Of a stretch of DNA of 64,000 nt, positions 57,557 to 64,000 are shown in pieces. Origin of the DNA: Candidatus Hydrogenedentota bacterium (lineage in GTDB: Bacteria > Hydrogenedentota > Hydrogenedentia > Hydrogenedentales > SLHB01); contig BTVY01000031.1 of NCBI GenBank assembly GCA_045863335.1, positions 30,207 to 94,206 of the forward strand, read 5' to 3'. Numbering within the stretch: the stretch's first letter is position 1; every line of letters starts with the position of its first letter. The notes below the pieces were generated by a model that was not told the origin of the DNA, did not search any database, and saw nothing but the letters and a program-made list of their open reading frames with translations. Both the position numbers and the translations under genes were made by a program.

Positions 57557-60037
57557 ATGAGAATTGCGCGACTGCCGATACTGACCGCCGCGCTCGCGTT
57601 CTGCGCCTTTGCGGTACGTGCGGAACTGACGTTGAGTTTACCGTCCCACCGGACGGCCTTTGAACGAGGCGAAACGGTCACGGTTCGAATCAATGCTCCC
57701 GGGTCGTCCCCGGTACACATCGACGTGAACGGATGGTTGAGCGAGAACGTGGCGGTACGTGACAATAAGGCGGAGTATCAGTTCGACTCGACGTTGCTTC
57801 GTTCCGGCGAGTATCTCGTGCGCGCGCGGACCGGTGAGGGAGAGGAGGCGTTCTTGCCAATAACCGTCGCGGCGCTTCATGACGCGGAACGTATCCCCGT
57901 CTGGCGCTGGGGCGGCGGCGCGGGCATGGACTTCCCCTGGTGGCAGCAGCGCGGATTTACGGGGGCATTTATACAGTCGCCAAAGGACCCATTCGAACCG
58001 GACGACTCGATCGTGCGGAGTTACGGCCGTGCCTTCGACGAGGCTACGCGGCTCGACTTCGACCTGGGTTTGTATTTCCGGACGCTGGATTCGGAATCGC
58101 TCACGAAAGACGAACCCAATCTTGTGCTGCTTCCCAACGGCACGCGCGGCGACAAGGTCTATCCGCTCGAACCAGCCGTCATCGATCATGCCGTCGACGT
58201 CACGAGGCGCAGTATGCAAGCCTGGGCGGAGTATCCCGGCCTTCGGCACGTCATGCTCAACTCGGAGTGGCAGACGCCATTCTGCCTCAATGATGCGGCG
58301 ATTCAGGACGCGCAGAACGAGATCGGTCTCGACGTCCGTGAGTACATCGATGAGAGCGGACGTCCCATGCCGATTCCGGCGGACGTGATCGTCGATGGCG
58401 TCATCCCGGACGATGAGCCGCACTACCGCTTTCTCCAATGGTGGTGGCAGCGGGGTCATGGCACCGCCGTCGTAAACCTTGCGCAGGGCGCGGTCGTGGA
58501 CGAGTACCGGCCCGACGCAATCACCTGGCACGAGCCGTACCGCCTGGCGCCGGTGCGCAACGCGGCGAAAGGACTTGACTGCATCGCCACGTGGACCTAC
58601 GGGCATCCCGACATTAAACGCCTCTGTTACACGACCTACCTGCAAGCCGCAGCCCGGCCTGCGCAGCAACTCGTGCAGCAGGACATCACGCTCTTCGTCT
58701 ACGGCCGCTATGCGATCGCGCTGGACGAGTCGACCGCGGACATGAGCCAGGATTTCTCCGGCGGCGATCCCTACTTCACGGCGGGGCCGGACTACGCGCG
58801 TCAGGCGACGTGGCTCGTCATGTCGCAGCGTCCGGACATCCTGTGTTATTACTCGGCGGGCGCGCTGTCGCCCGACAATCCAACCTTGGACCCCAGCTAC
58901 GCGTCGCCGGAGACTTTCGACGCGATCGGACAGACCTGCGACGAACTGGTCAAACCATTCGGTCCGGCGATCCGCGCGAGTACACGCGTTCAACCAGAGG
59001 TAGCGTTGCTCATGTCGGCGGCGTCGACGTGGTTTTCGGCGAGTCCGAATCTGCCCGGGTATCCAAACGAACAGACCCTGCCGTTTGCATCGCTGTTGAT
59101 GATGAACCATGTGCCCTTCGATGTGCTCCTCGACGAAGACATCGCGGAGGGGGCGTTGGAGCGATACCGCGTGCTCGTGTTGCCGCGGGCGGACACCTTG
59201 ACCCAGTCGATGTACGACCGCATCAAGGTCTTCGCGGAGGCCGGCGGTACGGTCATCGCCGACGCCTTGCGCGCCGACATCCCCGGCACGCAACGCACGA
59301 GTTTCGATTTCGCCCCGTTGCAGAAGGTGGACGGCAGATCGCTTGCCGAGGGCGATGCCATGACGGCCGAGGAGATGCGGACCATGATGGAAGGCTACTC
59401 GTCGGAACTGGCGGCGCTGTTGGCCGGCGTTGCGCGGACGGCCGCTTCGGAAAGCCCGCGAGTGTTGACGAATTCGCTCGACGCCGGAGACGCGCGCTAC
59501 CACTTCTTCGTCAACGACGACCGGACCTACGGTCCGCGGTTTGGTGAGTGGAAACTGCGCTTCGAACTCGGCGTCCGCCAGACCGCGCAGGTCAGCATTG
59601 ACGTGACGGGGCGGCCTGTCCTGTACGACATGCTCCAGCGCGAGGAAATCGCATACGAAACGTCGGGCGGCTGGGCGCGATTCGCACTCGATATCCCCGC
59701 CGCAAGAGGCAAGCTGATCGCCTCCCTGCCGGAAGCCATCGGCAGCGTGCGGATCACCGGTCCGGAAAGCGCCACAGCGGGACAACCCGTGGATCTGACT
59801 GTTGAAGTTCTGGGCGCATCCGGAAGTCCCTTCAAGAGCGCGCATCCGCTGCGCGTCGAGGTACGCAATCCGCGCGGCGGCGAATCCGAATGGTCCCGAT
59901 ACACAACGACCCGCGACGGGGTCTGCGCGTTCCGATTCGTTCCCGCGATCAACGACGCGCCGGGGAATTGGGAGATGACGGTGACCGAACTGGTCAGCGG
60001 AAAGAAGGCCGAGCACCGCGTTGAGTGCGCCGGGTAG
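57557..60037 (+). CDS. Secreted putative glycoside hydrolase with a beta-galactosidase trimerisation-like domain
   Basis: Signal peptide, Ig-like ends, MLNSEW, and VALLMS...HVPFDVL.DEDI..G.L.RYRVLVLP...F.EAGGTVIAD. Confidence 0.6.
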   Translation: MRIARLPILTAALAFCAFAVRAELTLSLPSHRTAFERGETVTVRINAPGSSPVHIDVNGWLSENVAVRDNKAEYQFDSTLLRSGEYLVRARTGEGEEAFLPITVAALHDAERIPVWRWGGGAGMDFPWWQQRGFTGAFIQSPKDPFEPDDSIVRSYGRAFDEATRLDFDLGLYFRTLDSESLTKDEPNLVLLPNGTRGDKVYPLEPAVIDHAVDVTRRSMQAWAEYPGLRHVMLNSEWQTPFCLNDAAIQDAQNEIGLDVREYIDESGRPMPIPADVIVDGVIPDDEPHYRFLQWWWQRGHGTAVVNLAQGAVVDEYRPDAITWHEPYRLAPVRNAAKGLDCIATWTYGHPDIKRLCYTTYLQAAARPAQQLVQQDITLFVYGRYAIALDESTADMSQDFSGGDPYFTAGPDYARQATWLVMSQRPDILCYYSAGALSPDNPTLDPSYASPETFDAIGQTCDELVKPFGPAIRASTRVQPEVALLMSAASTWFSASPNLPGYPNEQTLPFASLLMMNHVPFDVLLDEDIAEGALERYRVLVLPRADTLTQSMYDRIKVFAEAGGTVIADALRADIPGTQRTSFDFAPLQKVDGRSLAEGDAMTAEEMRTMMEGYSSELAALLAGVARTAASESPRVLTNSLDAGDARYHFFVNDDRTYGPRFGEWKLRFELGVRQTAQVSIDVTGRPVLYDMLQREEIAYETSGGWARFALDIPAARGKLIASLPEAIGSVRITGPESATAGQPVDLTVEVLGASGSPFKSAHPLRVEVRNPRGGESEWSRYTTTRDGVCAFRFVPAINDAPGNWEMTVTELVSGKKAEHRVECAG

Positions 60038-60049
60038 AGTCGTGTCGCG

Positions 60050-60970
60050 TTACTTCGTACCCCGCGCGGCGGCGTATTCTTTCGCGAACGCGGCGCCGTC
60101 ATAGGATACCCTCGCCTTCGCGAGATGGTGCATGGGTACGGCCTTGTTGCCATTCGTCCACGACAGTTTCGCCGCCAAGGCGCAAAGTTCCGGTTCGACC
60201 AGTGCTTCGATAGGTACGGGCGGTTCCGCGGCGTCCCCGGCCAGGTAGGGCAGAACGCACTCCAGCAGCGCGCGATACAGGTTGGCCGAATCGACGACGA
60301 ATTGGGTGACGCCCTTGTTCGTGATGATGTCCGCGTGGAAGGGGATCCATCCGTCCATCTTTCCGATGACGAGGATGCCGACTGCGCCGTTTCCCCACGT
60401 GACTTCGATGCGCCGTTGTACGCCCTGACTCAGGTGGCGGACCGTTGCGATGCCGGGTCCGAGGATGCCGCTTAGCAGGGCGTACGCGTGGATACCGTAG
60501 TTGTACTCGTCGACGCCGCATCCGCAAATGACGGTGTGCGGCGTTCCGCGCTCGTCCTCGGGGATGGCCAGCCAGTCGCGCGTTTCGTAGCAGAATCGCA
60601 ACGACGACCCGCCGCTGATGCGCGCGCCTTTACTTACCCATTCCACAATCTGGCCGATATCATCGATGTTTCCCGCAACCGGCTTGTCGAGCAGCACGGA
60701 CTTACCCGCTTCCACGAAGGGCCGCGCCTTGGCGATATGCGTATCCCAGTCGCAGCCGTGGATGATCGCGCAGTCGACCTCGGGCACCATCGCTTCGAGC
60801 GAAGGGTATACGGTGGGGATATTGTGGTCCTCCGCGAACTTCTTGACGTATTCCGCGGAATGCACCGCGCCGCCGTCCCAAAGTCCCACGACTTCGTGCC
60901 CAAGTTCGCGCTCGATGGGAATCCAGTTCTGGGGATGAGACGTGTCGACGTCGACTACACCGATTCGCAT
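60050..60970 (-). CDS. Gfo/Idh/MocA-like NAD(P)-dependent oxidoreductase
   Basis: MRIGVVDVDTSH, VDCAII, H...ARPFVEAGKSVLLDKP, SSLRF and YGIHA. Confidence 0.8.
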   Translation of the reverse strand: MRIGVVDVDTSHPQNWIPIERELGHEVVGLWDGGAVHSAEYVKKFAEDHNIPTVYPSLEAMVPEVDCAIIHGCDWDTHIAKARPFVEAGKSVLLDKPVAGNIDDIGQIVEWVSKGARISGGSSLRFCYETRDWLAIPEDERGTPHTVICGCGVDEYNYGIHAYALLSGILGPGIATVRHLSQGVQRRIEVTWGNGAVGILVIGKMDGWIPFHADIITNKGVTQFVVDSANLYRALLECVLPYLAGDAAEPPVPIEALVEPELCALAAKLSWTNGNKAVPMHHLAKARVSYDGAAFAKEYAAARGTK

Positions 60971-60974
60971 ACCA

Positions 60975-62222
60975 CTACACCCTGTTCTTGTCCGCGACTT
61001 CGGCCACGATGCTTGCGGCCAGTTCGCAGTGTTCCGGTTGATACTTTTCACAGAAGGTCGACCAGCGGATGAAGGTTTTCAAAAACTCCGTCGCCGTCGG
61101 GCAACTCTCCGCCGAATACGTGTACTCCCGCGATGCAGGCGGCATAGTATAGGGGAACCGCTTGTCCGCAATCTTTTTGTGCAGACAAGTCAGCGCCGCC
61201 GGCATGAGGTAATACTCGCCCATGCCCGCGCCGGGAATGCCTGCCTCGGCGAGCTGGTTTGCGAAATCTTCCGTGCTGCACGCAAACGCGTCCGCGTCGA
61301 TATTGAATCCCGCCATCCAGCAGGAATAGACGTTCGTCGATTCAGGAATGGGTAGCGGCGCGATGCCCGGAATCTCGCCGAGCTTCTGGTAGAGCAGCCG
61401 TACCATTGCATCGCGGTGAGTGACCTGTTCCCGCACGATCTCCAGTTGCGCCAGGCAAATCGCCGCCGTGCAGCCGGGCATGCGGTAGGCGTAGCCCACG
61501 TCCGCGTGAAGCCGGCCGAAGTGGGGCTGCATGACCGCGCCGCGGCTTTGTCCCAAATAGCGCGCGCGTTCGTACAACTCCGTGTCGTTGGTGACGAGAC
61601 AACCGCCGGTGTCGGACCCCATCGTCTTCTCGGCGTCAAAGGAGAAACACGCGGCGTCGCCCAGCGTGCCCGCGATACGCCCCTTGTACTCGCCGAAGAC
61701 CGCTTGGCATACGTCTTCGTACACCTTTAAACCATGCTTCTTCGCGAGCGCGTTGATGCCGTCCATGTCGTTCATGAGGCCCGTCATGTGGACACAGAGG
61801 ATTGCGCGCGTGCGGTCCGTGATGCACGGCTCGATGGTGGCGGGGCCGAAATTGATCGTACCCGGTTCCGTGTCCGCGAAGATAGGGATGATCCCTTCGG
61901 CGAGGAAGCCTTGCACCGTCCCGTAATCCGTGATCGGACTCACGATGATCTCGTCGCCCGCTTCCATACCCGAGGCCAGGGCGAGCACGTGCAGCGCCGG
62001 CGTGCATCCCGGCGTCCCGATGCAATGCTTCACCCCCAGCGCCTCAGCGAAGGCCTTCTCGAAGCGCCCCATCATGTCGGCCGTCAACCCGGAATCGACG
62101 ACCTCCTGCACGTACTTGAGCGCGTTCGGTCCCATCGTCCGCGGAAACGATACCGGCAACTTGCCGACTTCGCCCAAGTGCGCCTGCGCGCCCCACTTGG
62201 CCGCCTGTAGTTTTTCTGCCAT
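60975..62222 (-). CDS. DegT/DnrJ/EryC1/StrS family PLP aminotransferase
   Basis: FEKAFAE, GDEIIV, ITDRTRAILCVH, VYEDVCQA, FSFDAEK (PLP lysine), GGCLVTND and GYAYRM. Confidence 0.9.
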   Translation of the reverse strand: MAEKLQAAKWGAQAHLGEVGKLPVSFPRTMGPNALKYVQEVVDSGLTADMMGRFEKAFAEALGVKHCIGTPGCTPALHVLALASGMEAGDEIIVSPITDYGTVQGFLAEGIIPIFADTEPGTINFGPATIEPCITDRTRAILCVHMTGLMNDMDGINALAKKHGLKVYEDVCQAVFGEYKGRIAGTLGDAACFSFDAEKTMGSDTGGCLVTNDTELYERARYLGQSRGAVMQPHFGRLHADVGYAYRMPGCTAAICLAQLEIVREQVTHRDAMVRLLYQKLGEIPGIAPLPIPESTNVYSCWMAGFNIDADAFACSTEDFANQLAEAGIPGAGMGEYYLMPAALTCLHKKIADKRFPYTMPPASREYTYSAESCPTATEFLKTFIRWSTFCEKYQPEHCELAASIVAEVADKNRV

Positions 62223-62321
62223 GGTTCGGGTCTTGCCTTTCTCTCGCGATGCCTGCGGCGGCGGCGTGTCCCGAGTCTTCCTAACCGTCGGGTCCCCAAC
62301 TCGCAACAGCTGCCGTTCTTG

Positions 62322-62356
62322 AAGAACATCCCCCTTTATCCCCCTTCGAAGGGGGA
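62322..62356 (+). repeat. Solo copy of the 41847 REP-like arm
   Basis: AAGAACATCCCCCTTTATCCCCCTTCGAAGGGGGA. Confidence 0.82.
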
Positions 62357-62464
62357 GTTACATTAGCGCCGTTCTTTGGGCGCTCATGAGGTTGGTCGCA
62401 TTATATCTATTGCGGGTCGTGCGCTGAAAGGACACCGCGGCGCGGTGGTGACTGAGATTGGGGA

Positions 62465-62500
62465 GGGGTGCACCCCTGTTCTTTTGACGATTCAAGGGGG
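62465..62500 (+). repeat. Third copy of the GGGGTGCACCCC...TTGACG.TTCAAGGGGG repeat
   Basis: GGGGTGCACCCCTGTTCTTTTGACGATTCAAGGGGG. Confidence 0.78.
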
Positions 62501-62790
62501 AGTAGGGTCGCGGCGTGTCTGGGATTGGTTGGCATGGGCGAAGTTCTCCCCATAAGTTTGGCGCGGGATGTTGCACAAGCGTTCGGCGTTGAGGAAGACG
62601 CCGGGCGGCTGGAACCGGCTCAGTATCTCGATCAGATGGAACCTACAGGAGCAGAAAGGAATAATAAGAATTACAGGGCTGCTTCCTAATACAGAAGGAT
62701 TACGTAGGCGTTTGCCGTCGGTCATGTGGGAAGCACCGTTAGTATTCGGGCCCCGCAGCACTCCGTCGAATCAACCGAAGGAGGTCCGCC

Positions 62791-63864
62791 ATGAGATTGC
62801 GCACCCCAATTTTTGCATTGATCCCGTTTGCTTTGCCTGCGTTCGTCTCCCACGCCACAATCGAGGTGACTGACCGGCACGTTGCGTTTTCGGACCAGGG
62901 GGAGGTCATCAAGAAGATTGAGCTCAGCCCGAGGACGTACGGCCAGGAGAATAGTCTGTATGTCGAGGACAAGGTTTTTCACAACGACGACTATGCGTTG
63001 ATTTACCGCGGGTATCGTCCGCCGAAGATTGCAACGCATTTTACGGATGCTGACCGAATCGAGATTTACTCCTCCGATGGGACGGAGCTGTTTGCGATTA
63101 CGGAGAACCCCCATTGGTACGTGGGAAATCAATTCCTGTTTGCGGACGATTGGGTGGTGATTCTCAATGAAAGGGATGGTGTCATTAATGGTTTCGTCTT
63201 CATAGATATGAAGGAGAAAACGAAAGAATACGAGTCCCTTCACCAGCACGGGGAAAACCTCATCCACGCATTTGTTGTTCCGGCCACCGAAACGGACGGC
63301 GAAAGTCGCGTCTGGATAATCACGGGGCGCGACTCTTGGGGCGATACGCAGGCTATCACGAAGGTGGACGGCCAAGGCGAATACACAAGAAGCTACACGT
63401 TTTCGGGAGAGTACTCGGCTCATCCGCTGGAAGACGACCTCGAACTTAGTGAAGTTCAGGGTGAACCCACGGCCTATACCTACGAGCAACGTTTCGAACA
63501 CGAGCGGGCGTTGGACAGTATCGAAAGTCTGCGGACCGCTGTGGTGGATTTCGCCAATCTGGTTGAGCGACTTCGCCGACGTGAAAACAAGAACGTCCTC
63601 AGCGATGACGTGCCGGAACTGGAGGGCATCGACACTTCGGATTGGGAGACGCTGAATCTTGGACTGCCCAACCGCCTTGGCATCATCGACGGCACAATCC
63701 ATAAGCAGAAGTACCTGATCGAGAAGCTCGAATACGAACTGGCGCGCGAACGAAACGACGGCAGCGACGAAGGCGAGGCCAACGAGAAGAAAGCCTACTC
63801 GGACTATCAACAGGCGTTGTCGAGGTTCAGGCACTTCTGGGAAAACTTCAGCATCGCAGATTGA
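62791..63864 (+). CDS. Secreted acidic hypothetical protein
   Basis: SD AAGGAGGT 5 nt before the ATG, signal peptide ending VSHA, beta-rich N-half and helical C-half; no family recognised. Confidence 0.72.
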   Translation: MRLRTPIFALIPFALPAFVSHATIEVTDRHVAFSDQGEVIKKIELSPRTYGQENSLYVEDKVFHNDDYALIYRGYRPPKIATHFTDADRIEIYSSDGTELFAITENPHWYVGNQFLFADDWVVILNERDGVINGFVFIDMKEKTKEYESLHQHGENLIHAFVVPATETDGESRVWIITGRDSWGDTQAITKVDGQGEYTRSYTFSGEYSAHPLEDDLELSEVQGEPTAYTYEQRFEHERALDSIESLRTAVVDFANLVERLRRRENKNVLSDDVPELEGIDTSDWETLNLGLPNRLGIIDGTIHKQKYLIEKLEYELARERNDGSDEGEANEKKAYSDYQQALSRFRHFWENFSIAD

Positions 63865-63943
63865 TGGGTCTGGTGGATGGGCAGTGGTGCGTTCCCCGTC
63901 CTATGGAAGCAGGTCGTAGTCCAGCGCTTGCGTTTTGCCGTAT

Positions 63944-64000
63944 TAGCCCCGGAGGGGCGGAGGATTGTAGCCCAGGGTGGAGCGAGGCACGAGCGGAACC
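63944..64000 (+). repeat. REP-like element, second copy of 19883-19946, cut by the window edge
   Basis: TAGCCCCGGAGGGGCG...TGTAGCCCAGGGTGGAGCGAGGCACGAGCGGAACC. Confidence 0.82.

Noticed and set aside
57638-60016. 792-aa antisense ORF
   Set aside because: Mirror frame of the 826-aa plus-strand gene, which has the signal peptide and domain motifs.
62722-63834. 370-aa minus-strand ORF
   Set aside because: Antisense to the plus-strand ORF that has a strong SD and a signal peptide.

Overview
High-GC bacterial chromosomal segment. The gene content (DUF1549/DUF1553 + DUF1501 pair, PVC-type heme-binding protein, Tat-exported Gfo/Idh/MocA proteins, many intergenic microrepeats) suggests a PVC-like or Hydrogenedentes-like organism; this is inference only. 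1-33 kb is mostly housekeeping: partial rsmI, a His-less PAS/HisKA membrane protein, priA, an HNH nuclease, lutC plus a lutB-CCG fusion, two orphan response regulators interleaved with four tRNAs (Cys, Leu, Phe, Thr), a TIGR03960/TIGR03936-type radical SAM fusion, an FKBP, yciH, an acyl-CoA ligase/MaoC/SDR group, ahpC and an RND pump. 33-40.3 kb is a repeat-rich plasticity zone of 1-2 gene cassettes with no integrase: DHFR-like, DUF899, an orphan ORF plus a SIR2-like gene, and a nucleotidyltransferase plus a BrnA-like gene lying between two copies of a gene start. 40.3-62.3 kb holds exported redox and glycan-processing genes. The most notable signals are: three short ORFs missed or mis-started by the ORF track, each with its own expression signals (a 31-aa Trp/Phe-rich membrane peptide; a 30-aa ORF in a structured RNA with a 16-nt SD-like tract complementary to the 16S 3' tail; a 54-aa leader/core-like peptide); a single-chain HicB-HicA-like fusion; and a pseudo-histidine kinase. 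No CRISPR array, rRNA, integrase or transposase was recognised. All family calls come from motif recognition by eye, not from database searches.
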